Source of the DNA: Alphaproteobacteria bacterium
GTDB taxonomy: Bacteria; Pseudomonadota; Alphaproteobacteria; UBA828
DNA: 64,000 nucleotides
Assembly (NCBI GenBank): GCA_965221125.1
Contig: CBDCRW010000007.1
Location: 224,001-288,000, forward strand
Reading direction: 5' to 3'
The position numbers were made by a program, and so were the translations under genes. Positions 41,739-50,047 of the stretch are shown piece after piece. The notes beneath the pieces were generated by a model that was given only the letters and a program-made list of their open reading frames with translations, did no database searches and was not told where the DNA came from. Positions within the stretch are counted from its first letter, which is position 1, and every line of letters starts with the position of its first letter.

Positions 41739-42395
41739 CTACATCACGCCGTATTTCTCCCAAGCCTCGGTGGTCGAGAGGCCGCCCTCGATCTCCCTGG
41801 CGATGATCGTTTCCATGCGGCGTTTTTCCAGCGCCTTCTCCACGCATTCCGCCGCGACCTCGCTCGGCACCACGAGCACGCCGTCGTCGTCGCCCACGAT
41901 CAGGTCGCCCGGCTTGACCGCAACCTCGGCGATCCGCACCGGCTCGCGGTAGGCCACCACCCGGCCCCGGCCGCGCTGGTCCTGTGCGTAGGAGCCGCGG
42001 GCGAAGACCGGCAGCGTCATCGCGCGAATCTCCCGCGAATCCCGCATGTAGCCGTCGAGCACGGCGCCAGCCGCACCCTGCGCCAGCGCGCGGGTAGTCA
42101 TCAGCTCGCCCCAGAGCGCGAAGGGCGGGGCGCCGGCGGCGGCGACGTACACCTCGCCCGCCCTGAGCGAATCGAGGGCCTCGAACATGAGGCCGAAGCT
42201 GTGGTCGTCCGGCGTGGCCGCGACCTCCAGCAGCGGCATCGCCCGGCCGGCGAGCCGCGCGCCCGGCACGGCCGGCTGAATGGCCGGCGGCAGGAACTGG
42301 TGGCGGCGGCCAAGGGTGTCGAGCACGTCGCCGAGCTGCGCGGTGGAGAGCTCCGTCCGCACCGTGGCGAGAAGCGTGTCGGGAACCTGGGTCAT
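41739..42395 (-). CDS. RraA/HMG-aldolase family protein
   Basis: LAGRA, WGELMT, GAVLDGYMRD, VKPGDLIVGDDDGV. Confidence 0.88.
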   Translation of the reverse strand: MTQVPDTLLATVRTELSTAQLGDVLDTLGRRHQFLPPAIQPAVPGARLAGRAMPLLEVAATPDDHSFGLMFEALDSLRAGEVYVAAAGAPPFALWGELMTTRALAQGAAGAVLDGYMRDSREIRAMTLPVFARGSYAQDQRGRGRVVAYREPVRIAEVAVKPGDLIVGDDDGVLVVPSEVAAECVEKALEKRRMETIIAREIEGGLSTTEAWEKYGVM

Positions 42396-43303
42396 GGCGT
42401 TTCTTCCTCCGGCGGGGTGGGGCGTTTGCGGCCGATCAGGGTCGCGATGACGGGATGGTAGCGCGCGCCCAGCCCGCTCGCGATGGCTTCGGCGAACAGC
42501 GCCTTGACCAGCGCGGCGCCCTCGGCGTCGATGCCTGATTCTTCAGCGATATCGAGCGCGTAGTCGAGATCCTTCATGGCGTAGGTGAGGGGGAAGGCGC
42601 CTTCGGGGAAGTGTTCCGGGAGGATCGCCTTCTTGCCGTGGTTCTGCAGCGCGAAGCTGTCGCCCGAGCTGCGGCCCACCGCCTCCAGGAAGGTCTCGGG
42701 CAGGATCCCCTGGCGGCGCGCGATGGCGAGGCCCTCGGCAAGCGCGCGGACGTTCTGAAAGAGGATCATGTTGTTGAGGATCTTCACCGCCTGTCCGCTG
42801 CCGACCGGCCCGCAGTGGGTCACGTCCTGGGCGATGTGGGCGAGCAGGGGGCGCAGCCGCGCGACCAGCGCCGCGTCGCCGCCCACCATGATGCTGAGCG
42901 TGCCGTCGATGGCGGCCTGGCGCGTGCGCGCGATCGGCGCATCGGCGAAGGCGATGCCGCGCGCGGCGAAGGCGCCCGCGATCTCGCGGGCGAGCGCCGG
43001 CGGGGCGGTGCTGGTGTCGACCACGGTGCGCCCAGGGGACACGTGCTCGATCAGCCCGCCGTCGCCGAGGCAGACCGCCCGCACCTCGCGGCCCGAGGGG
43101 AGCGAGAGGAAGATCAGATCGGCCGTCTGGGCGAGCGCCGCGACGGAGGGTGCAATTTCTGCGCCGTCCTCCGCGAGGCGGGCCAGCGGCGCGGGGTCGA
43201 GGTCGTAGGCCGCGACCGGCCCGTCGTGCTTGCGCGCGAGGTTGCGGCACATGGGCTCGCCCATGACGCCCGTGCCGATGAAGCCGATGCGCTCGGCCGT
43301 CAT
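42392..43303 (-). CDS. NAD(P)-dependent beta-hydroxyacid dehydrogenase (3-hydroxyisobutyrate dehydrogenase family)
   Basis: GFIGTGVMG, VDTST, FADAPI, GTLSIMVGG, GQAVKILNN. Confidence 0.9.
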   Translation of the reverse strand: MTAERIGFIGTGVMGEPMCRNLARKHDGPVAAYDLDPAPLARLAEDGAEIAPSVAALAQTADLIFLSLPSGREVRAVCLGDGGLIEHVSPGRTVVDTSTAPPALAREIAGAFAARGIAFADAPIARTRQAAIDGTLSIMVGGDAALVARLRPLLAHIAQDVTHCGPVGSGQAVKILNNMILFQNVRALAEGLAIARRQGILPETFLEAVGRSSGDSFALQNHGKKAILPEHFPEGAFPLTYAMKDLDYALDIAEESGIDAEGAALVKALFAEAIASGLGARYHPVIATLIGRKRPTPPEEETP

Positions 43304-44814
43304 CGGTCGCGGCCCTCACGAGCGAACAGGGCGGCGCCGGCGCCGGCGAGGCGGCCGAAGACCGCGCCAGAGACCAGGCCCGTGCCGCCCGGATAGTTGC
43401 CGTAGAAGAGCCCGCCCACCAGCTCGCCCGCGGCGAAGAGGCCGGGGATCGGCGCGCCCGAGACCGCCTGCACCCGCGCCTCCGGGTCGATGGCGAGCCC
43501 GCCGAAGGTAAACGTAATCCCGCAGGTGACGGCATAGGCCTCGAAGGGCGGCGTCTCGATCCGGTTGGCCCAGTTGGATTTTTGGGGGGCGATGCCGCGC
43601 GTGCCGCGGCCGTCCTTCACCGTCGGGTCGAAGGGCACCTGCGTCATCACGGCGTCGTTGTAGGCCCGCACGGTCTCGAGGAAACGCGCGCCGTCGATGC
43701 CCTCCATCCGCGCGGCGAGACCCTCCAGCGTGTCCGCCTTCGCCCTGGTCACCTGGCGGATGCGGTACTCGTCCCGCAGCAGGTGCGTCACCTGCGAGTC
43801 GAACACCTGCCACGCGACCTGTCCGGGCTGCTCCAGCACCCGGCGGCCGTAGGCGGCGTAGGTGTAGTTCCGAAAATCCGCGCCCTCGTCGACGAAGCGC
43901 TCGCCCGCCGCGTTGACGACGATCGCGAAGGGGTAGCTGTGCTTCTGGAAGCCGTCGCCCACGGAAAGGTCGCCGAAGGCGGGCGCGTTCCGGTCCCAGG
44001 CTACTGCGTGGCAGCCGGACCAGTGGCCGGCTGGCATCGCGCCGGCTTCCAGCGCCATGCGGATGCCGTCGCCCTGGTTGAAGCGGGTGCCGCGCACCTT
44101 GGCGAGGTCCCAGCCCGGCCCGAGATAGCGCGCGCGCCACGCGGCGTTGGCCTCGAAGCCGCCGCAGGCGAGCACCACCGCGGGCGCCCGGACTTCGACC
44201 GTGCGCCCCTCGATTCGCGCGCGGACGCCACGCACGCCGGCGTCGTCGGTAACGAGCGAGAGGGCCTGCGCCCGGTAGTGGACGGCGACACCCGCTTCCG
44301 CCGCGGCCTTGTAGAGCGCGGCGACGAGGCCGGGCCCCCCGCCCCAGGCCTCGACCGCAAGCCCGCCCCAGAAGCGGAAGCGGCCGTCCTCTCGCTTGAA
44401 AGCCTGGCGGCCGTAGCTCGGCTGCAGGCGCACGCCCTTCTCGCGCAGCCACAGCAGGGTCGGGTGGCTGCGCGTCACAAGCTGCTCGACCAGGTCCGGC
44501 TCGGCGCGGTACTGGGTGAGCCGCGCCATGTCGTCGTAGTAGTCGGCCTCGGTGTAGGCGCCGAAGTCGGTCTCCGCCAGCTCGCGGTCGGAGAGGTCGG
44601 GCATCAGCGCACGCAGCGCTTCCGCCCCGTCGAAGACCACCCGCATGGCGCCGGCGGTGTACGTGCTGTTGCCGCCGCGCTCCTCCTCCGGCGCGGCTTC
44701 GAGCAGAGCCACGCGGGCGCCGCCCTCGGCCGCGGCGAGCGCTGCCGTGAGCGCGGCGTTGCCGCCGCCCACGACCGCGACATCGGCCGCCAGCGTCTCG
44801 CCCATTCCATTCAT
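43300..44814 (-). CDS. tcuA: FAD-dependent tricarballylate dehydrogenase-like flavoprotein
   Basis: VVGGGNAAL, RGGNS, GGFEAN, VRGTRFNQGDG, RFVDEG, GITFTFGG, GLFAAGE, NYPGGTGL. Confidence 0.8.
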   Translation of the reverse strand: MNGMGETLAADVAVVGGGNAALTAALAAAEGGARVALLEAAPEEERGGNSTYTAGAMRVVFDGAEALRALMPDLSDRELAETDFGAYTEADYYDDMARLTQYRAEPDLVEQLVTRSHPTLLWLREKGVRLQPSYGRQAFKREDGRFRFWGGLAVEAWGGGPGLVAALYKAAAEAGVAVHYRAQALSLVTDDAGVRGVRARIEGRTVEVRAPAVVLACGGFEANAAWRARYLGPGWDLAKVRGTRFNQGDGIRMALEAGAMPAGHWSGCHAVAWDRNAPAFGDLSVGDGFQKHSYPFAIVVNAAGERFVDEGADFRNYTYAAYGRRVLEQPGQVAWQVFDSQVTHLLRDEYRIRQVTRAKADTLEGLAARMEGIDGARFLETVRAYNDAVMTQVPFDPTVKDGRGTRGIAPQKSNWANRIETPPFEAYAVTCGITFTFGGLAIDPEARVQAVSGAPIPGLFAAGELVGGLFYGNYPGGTGLVSGAVFGRLAGAGAALFAREGRDR

Positions 44815-44890
44815 GCGGCAGGGTTCATGTCGGGATCATCCCGGTTGACGGCGGTCGACGCTGGCGCCATTTGTGTTGTATCGTGTCAAC

Positions 44891-45142
44891 ATGCCTCGGG
44901 CCAAGCATCCGAAGCAGGAGGTCGAGAGTGCCCTACGCGATGCCGAACGTGCCGGTTGGACCGTAACGCCGACTCGCGCCGGGCATCGCTGGGGCGTGGC
45001 GACATGCGGCGTGGCGGGTCCGTCCGCTTGTCAGATATCAATCTGGTCCACGCCCCGCAACACCGGCAACCACGCCAGGCAGTTGCGGCGATTCATCGCG
45101 CGCTGCCCGCATACGGGGGCCGAGCGATCGGGAGACGGCTGA
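44891..45142 (+). CDS. Small basic protein, putative HicA-like toxin
   Basis: 83 aa; AL..AE..GW, GH.WG, IWSTP motifs; directly upstream of an HTH partner. Confidence 0.6.
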   Translation: MPRAKHPKQEVESALRDAERAGWTVTPTRAGHRWGVATCGVAGPSACQISIWSTPRNTGNHARQLRRFIARCPHTGAERSGDG

Positions 45143-45143
45143 C

Positions 45144-45704
45144 ATGTCCACGTTTCACTTCACGCTGATCGTCGAGGGACCGGACCTTCAGGATGCGGCG
45201 TGCATCGACGCGCTGTTCGAGGCCGGGTGCGACGACGCGGCCATCGGCCGGAGCGACGGAGTCCAGTTCGTCGACTTCGACCGGGAGGCAGGCACGCTCG
45301 ACCGGGCCATCCTGTCGGCAGTGGACGACCTGGAGACGCTGGCAGGCGTCGAGGTCGTGCGCATCGCCGACGCCGGTCTTGCGTCTCTGGCGGATATCGC
45401 CGCCCGCCTCGGCCGCACACGGGAGAGCGTTCGATTGCTGGTGAGCGGTGCGCGCGGCCCCGGCGGGTTTCCCAAGCCGGTCACCGACCCGCGCGGCCGC
45501 TATCGGCTGTGGCGCTGGTCCGACGTGGAGCGCTGGTGCGTGGAAGAGCTGGGCGAGGCGCTGCCGATTTCGCAGGACGACGTCACGGCGGCCATCAGCG
45601 CCGCGCTGGAACTCCGCCATTTTCGCCGTGCAAAGGCGCCCGCAAGCCCGGTCACGCTGCGGGAGCTAGTCGGCATCGAGGAGCAGCGGGCGTCTTCGGA
45701 ATAG
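45144..45704 (+). CDS. Putative antitoxin / DNA-binding protein (HicB-like N-terminus plus HTH)
   Basis: FTL..DALFEAGCDDA..VDFDREA..AILSAV; HTH SLADIAARLGRTRESVRLL..G.RGPGGFPKP..LWRWSDV. Confidence 0.7.
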   Translation: MSTFHFTLIVEGPDLQDAACIDALFEAGCDDAAIGRSDGVQFVDFDREAGTLDRAILSAVDDLETLAGVEVVRIADAGLASLADIAARLGRTRESVRLLVSGARGPGGFPKPVTDPRGRYRLWRWSDVERWCVEELGEALPISQDDVTAAISAALELRHFRRAKAPASPVTLRELVGIEEQRASSE

Positions 45705-46114
45705 GGGCGCCGAGCGCGGCGTGAGCCTTCCGCGAAGGGCCGGTGTACTATCCCGCCAGCCATGCACGGGAGGGACCGAATGAGCGCAGCCGCAGCCGAG
45801 GGAAATCAGTCCGCGTCCGAGCTTCGCCTAGTGTGCACTATTATTGACGGTCAGTAGGCGAAAACACTGTGACGTAAGGGTCGCTTGTTCCTCCTGTATC
45901 GGGATTACGCTACAATGGGTTAGGATCGATGTCAAGGACAGATGAAGCGGGGTTGGAGAACACATGGGCTGATCCTGTGTCTCTGGGGAGTTGCACGAGG
46001 GGAACCGGGTTGTGGTGTTTGCTGTGGAGCACTGGTATGGTTCTGATGATGGACATGGACCTCTCTGCGAGGACACAATGGCGGCATATATTATCGGGCG
46101 CGAGGAACGCCATA

Positions 46115-46167
46115 GGAATATATTGACATATTCCAGTATGTCACGGAGCTGCGTGTCTCTGTGGTTT
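46115..46167 (+). promoter_or_regulatory. Promoter/operator, possibly oriT, upstream of the RHH genes
   Basis: TTGACA at 46123; inverted repeats GGAATAT/ATATTCC and TGACATA/TATGTCA; followed by TGCGTGTCTCTGTGGT. Confidence 0.4.
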
Positions 46168-46193
46168 CGGGGCCCTACGGACGGCTGCCCGCG

Positions 46194-46556
46194 ATGAGGG
46201 AGGATGCCGGCGGACGCCGCCAGCGCGCGGTCATGGCCACCGATGCGGAGTGGGAGCGGATCGGCCGGGCGGCTGCGGCGAGCGGCATGGACCTGTCGCG
46301 CTTCGTGATCCATCGCGCTCTTGATCGGGAGCCTCTGCCGCCGGAGGTCCTGCGCCGGGCGGTGCGCGAGATGCTGGTGCTGTCCAGACTGGAGGAAAGG
46401 CGGCTGCGCGGGGCGGGCGCCGGTGCGGCCTGGGAGGACGCCTGCGACGCGGTGGACGAATGGATCGACCGCGAGGGCATGCTCGACCGGCTCACCGATC
46501 CAGGTGCTGCGAACCGCTGGAAGGCGGCGGGGTCGACCGGGGAGGACCGATCGTGA
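46194..46556 (+). CDS. Ribbon-helix-helix protein (MobC/NikA-like) 1
   Basis: RRQRAVMATDAEWERIGRAAAASGMDLSRFVIHRAL. Confidence 0.7.
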   Translation: MREDAGGRRQRAVMATDAEWERIGRAAAASGMDLSRFVIHRALDREPLPPEVLRRAVREMLVLSRLEERRLRGAGAGAAWEDACDAVDEWIDREGMLDRLTDPGAANRWKAAGSTGEDRS

Positions 46557-46864
46557 CTGAGGAGCCTGCGCGGCCCCTAAGACGTCAGCGGAGCCTGCAC
46601 TGCAAGCCGGCTGAACAGGCGATGATCCGGGAGCGCGCTGAGGCGGCGGACAAGACCGTGTCGCGCTATATTCTGGAGCTCGCGCTCGCCGACGATCCGG
46701 ACCGCCATCCCCTGGTGCTGACGGAAGCGGAACAGGTGGAGCAGAGGGACGGGGTACGGGAGTTGCAGGCATTCGTAAGGGCTCTGCGGCGCGAGCTTCC
46801 GGGGGGCAGCGGGCTCAGCCTGCTGAGCGCGATCTCCGTCCTTGCGCGGGAGCGTTCGTCGTGA
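46553..46864 (+). CDS. Ribbon-helix-helix protein (MobC/NikA-like) 2
   Basis: RRQRSLHCKPAEQAMIRERAEAADKTVSRYILELAL; GTGA overlap. Confidence 0.7.
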   Translation: MTEEPARPLRRQRSLHCKPAEQAMIRERAEAADKTVSRYILELALADDPDRHPLVLTEAEQVEQRDGVRELQAFVRALRRELPGGSGLSLLSAISVLARERSS

Positions 46865-47433
46865 GACGGACGCGGCGTCGGCGGAAGGCGCGCCGGCCGA
46901 GCCGGCACATCTCGATCTCGGCGACGGACGCGGATTGGGAGGTGGTTCGCAGCAACGCGGAGCGGCGCGGCCTGTCGATCGCGCGCTACCTGCTGGAGCT
47001 GGTGGAACGGGACAGTGAGGAAGAGGACGCAGGTCCCGAACTGGCGCTTGCCAAGGAAGAGCAGCGTGAGCAGCTGGAGGCGCTGCAGGAGGTCCGCGCG
47101 CTGATGCTGGAGGCGGAGGCGGAGGATGCAGGTCCGCTTGTACGCGATATGCAGGAGCGGATCGCGGTGATGTTCGCAGCCTGGGCGTCTGCGATGGCCG
47201 GGTCGGGCCGCTCGGAGGAGCTGCGGCTGGCGCTCGCCTCGGTGCTTGGCGAGGAGCGGGCGCGTATCGCTGCGGCCTCGGTCGTACCAACCTCGGTCGT
47301 ACCAACCTCGGTTGTGCCGGCCTCGGCCGCGGTCTCGACCGCGGTCTCGACCGAGGCGCCGGCCGCGCAGCAGGAGGTCGCGCCTCAGGCCCCTGACGGG
47401 GAGACGGACCCCGGCCAGGACCGCCTGCTGTGA
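46861..47433 (+). CDS. Ribbon-helix-helix protein (MobC/NikA-like) 3
   Basis: RHISISATDADWEVVRSNAERRGLSIARYLLELV; GTGA overlap. Confidence 0.7.
   Translation: MRRTRRRRKARRPSRHISISATDADWEVVRSNAERRGLSIARYLLELVERDSEEEDAGPELALAKEEQREQLEALQEVRALMLEAEAEDAGPLVRDMQERIAVMFAAWASAMAGSGRSEELRLALASVLGEERARIAAASVVPTSVVPTSVVPASAAVSTAVSTEAPAAQQEVAPQAPDGETDPGQDRLL
47276..47353 (+). repeat. In-frame minisatellites: 15-bp x3 (SVVPT) and 12-bp x2 (AVST)
   Basis: cctcggtcgtaccaa cctcggtcgtaccaa cctcggttgtgccgg; ccgcggtctcga x2. Confidence 0.85.
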
Positions 47434-47665
47434 GGCGCTCACCATGTGCGCCGCCGGCATGAACGAGGTGCGCGAGGCCGACCGAACTAGGAGAAAGATG
47501 GCGTGATGGCGCGATGCGGCGGCAGAAGAAAAGGGGAACGCCACAGGCCTGCGAAGGGGAGACGGATTCCCGCCGGGAAAGGTGTCCGTGAGACGGCCTC
47601 CATGTGCGCCGCTGGCATGAATGAGGTGCACGAGGTGGACCACACGAGGGGACAATTGGCGTGAC
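47351..47665 (+). repeat. Diverged tandem duplication, 158-bp period
   Basis: ggggagacgga at 47398/47556; ccatgtgcgccgc(c/t)ggcatgaa(c/t)gaggtgc at 47442/47600; tggcgtga ending 47506/47664. Confidence 0.8.
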
Positions 47666-48037
47666 TGCTGTTGTTTTCCGGTCTAGCCGGATAGAAGCAC
47701 GGGTTTTTTTCTCACTTTGATTGGTTGGTGGATTTCCCGGGATGGTGGCCGAGTGCGGGAAGGACGCTGCCTGCGGCATTTTTTTGATCCTCAGCAGAAT
47801 CCTCATTGCTGTTGAAGCTGTGGAGCGGTGGGCGCGAGATCGGCGAGTGTGGTCAGGCGGTGGGCAAGCGCCAGCTTGTCCACGGGCTGTCCACACGGTC
47901 CGCAGGACGCCGATCGGTCCGCAGGACGCGTCCACGGCTCCACAGCTTGGCGGCGGCGGGGAGCGTCCGTAATCTTGGCCTCTCACTGAACGACAAAGAG
48001 AGGCCCGGGGGACGGAACTCCCGCCGGGCCAGGGCCG

Positions 48038-48673
48038 GTGCAGCTTCGCTACGAAACGGGGCTCACCAGCGAGGAATACGTTAAGACCGAGGCGTGGCGC
48101 GACGCAAGGCTTGAGCGCTGCCCGAATCACCCGCACGGCGGATGTTCTGTGGCAAGCCACGGCACCTACGAGCGGAAGACCCCGCCCGGCGCAAGGGTTC
48201 CTCGCTGGTATTGCCGTGAGAGCCATACGACCATCGGCCTGCTGGCCGACTGTCTGGCGGCGCGGCTGCCGGGCACGCTCGATGCGCTGGAAGCGGTTGT
48301 TGTCGTGGCGGAGGAGGCCGGCAGCCTGGAGGAGGCAGCGGACGAGGTGCGCTGCCCCGAGGACGAGGACGCCATCGAGCTTCCCGGCGCCGTGCGTTGG
48401 ATCCGCCGCAGGCTGAAGCTTGTGCACGACGCGCTTGTGCGCGTCATCGGCCTGATCCCCGACCTGCTCGCGGGCTGCGCGCCCACCATGAGCGCGGTGC
48501 GCGAGCGTCTGAAGAGCGACAGCGCGTTGATGGAACTGCGCGGCCTGGTCGCCGGGCAGCTCCGGACGCTACCCGCGCCTCTGGGCTTCCAACCCCACGG
48601 CATCGACGTGGGGAATCGCAAACCGCAGTTCCAACAACGGGCGGGGCCGGACCCGCCGCCGGAGAGTTCGTAG
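48038..48673 (+). CDS. Zn-finger-like transposon accessory protein
   Basis: CPNHPHGGC..HGTYERK..RWYC..HTTIGLL.DCL, followed by a helical/HTH-like region. Confidence 0.7.
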   Translation: MQLRYETGLTSEEYVKTEAWRDARLERCPNHPHGGCSVASHGTYERKTPPGARVPRWYCRESHTTIGLLADCLAARLPGTLDALEAVVVVAEEAGSLEEAADEVRCPEDEDAIELPGAVRWIRRRLKLVHDALVRVIGLIPDLLAGCAPTMSAVRERLKSDSALMELRGLVAGQLRTLPAPLGFQPHGIDVGNRKPQFQQRAGPDPPPESS

Positions 48674-48718
48674 CGTGACGATCCCGGGGCCAGGGAGTCC
48701 CTGAACGAGGATCGCACC

Positions 48719-50047
48719 ATGAACAGCTCAGACGACGACCTTCGCCAACAGATCGCGCTCTTCCGATACGACGTCATCGCCGATCTGGTGCATCTGCCCG
48801 TGGGTGCACCGGGTGCCGGCGCGATGATGCGCGCCAAAGCCGAGAAGACCTACACGATCCCCGGAACCACCAGGACCCGGGTCGCCGCCGAGACCATGCG
48901 GCGCTGGATCAAGGACTACCGCTACGGCGGCTTCGACGCGCTCTACCCCAAGCCCCGCACCGACCGGGGGAAGCCCCGGCGGCTGCCGCCCGAGGTCGCC
49001 GAGCGCCTCATCGCGCTGAAGACCGAGAACGACGCATTGTCGGTTCGCGCCATCATCCAGAAGGTCAAGGAGGAGGGTATCGACCACCCGCTCGCCTCGT
49101 CCACCGTGCACCGCCTCTTCAGCCGCGAGGGCCTGTTCGACAAGAAGCCGCCCGACGGGGCGGATCGCCGCCGCTTCGCCTTCCGGCATGCCGGCGAGAT
49201 GTGGATGAGCGACGTCATGCACGGACCCAAGGTCCGGCACGGCCGAACCCGGCGCAAGACCTACCTGATCGCCTTCATCGACGACGCCACCCGCGTCATC
49301 CCGTTCGCCGCCTTCGCCATGGCGGAGAACACTGCGGCGTTCCTGCCGGTGTTCAAGGACGCGCTGATCCGGCGCGGCCTCCCGGCCCGCTTGTACGTCG
49401 ACAACGGAAGCGCCTACCGCTCCCGTCATCTCTCCCTGGTCTGCGCCAGGCTCGGCGTTGCGTTGATTCACGCAAGGGCGTTCCAGCCAGCGGGAAAGGG
49501 TAAGATCGAGCGCTTCTTCCGCACCCTCCGGGCCGGCTGGCTCCGCCACCTCGGCGATGACGTCGACAGCCTGGAGGCGCTCAACCGCAGCCTCTGGGCC
49601 TGGATCGAGGGGGAGTATCACAACAGCCCGCATCGTGGCCTCGACGAGGGGCGCACCCCGCTTGAGCAGTGGGCGCTGGCCTCGGCCGGCGTGCGCTATC
49701 CCGACGCCACCATGGACCTCGACGATCTGTTCCTCTTCGAGGCCAGGCGCCGTGTCTACAAGGACCGCACCGTTAGTCTGAACGGCCGCGTCTACGAGGT
49801 CGACGCCCTCCTGGTGGGTCAGAACGTCATCCTGCGCTACGACCCGGCCGCGCCGCCCTCGCGCCCTCTCGACGTGGTCCATGACGGCAAGCCGGCCGGC
49901 AAGGCCAGCCCTCTCGACGCCTACGCCAATACCGCCGTCAGGCGCACCTACCCGGCCAGGGAGATCGAGGCCGAAGATCCGGCGCCCGAGCCTCCGCCCT
50001 CGCCGCTGGCCATGCGCAACCTCAAGGACAAGAAGGAGGACGAGTGA
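48719..50047 (+). CDS. DDE transposase/integrase (rve core, N-terminal HTH, Mu-transposase-like C-terminus)
   Basis: WMSD (D), YVDNGSAY (D), GKGKIERFFRT (E), YHNSPHRGL, RRVYKDRTVSLNGRVYEV. Confidence 0.93.
   Translation: MNSSDDDLRQQIALFRYDVIADLVHLPVGAPGAGAMMRAKAEKTYTIPGTTRTRVAAETMRRWIKDYRYGGFDALYPKPRTDRGKPRRLPPEVAERLIALKTENDALSVRAIIQKVKEEGIDHPLASSTVHRLFSREGLFDKKPPDGADRRRFAFRHAGEMWMSDVMHGPKVRHGRTRRKTYLIAFIDDATRVIPFAAFAMAENTAAFLPVFKDALIRRGLPARLYVDNGSAYRSRHLSLVCARLGVALIHARAFQPAGKGKIERFFRTLRAGWLRHLGDDVDSLEALNRSLWAWIEGEYHNSPHRGLDEGRTPLEQWALASAGVRYPDATMDLDDLFLFEARRRVYKDRTVSLNGRVYEVDALLVGQNVILRYDPAAPPSRPLDVVHDGKPAGKASPLDAYANTAVRRTYPAREIEAEDPAPEPPPSPLAMRNLKDKKEDE

Noticed and set aside
45829-46135. 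Possible Xer/dif site at the island boundary (also 62335-62355)
   Set aside because: Only weak XerC-like half matches; no TTATG XerD arm at the right spacing.
47276-47665. Repeats considered as a CRISPR array
   Set aside because: No constant repeat with unique spacers and no cas genes; these are minisatellites plus one tandem duplication.
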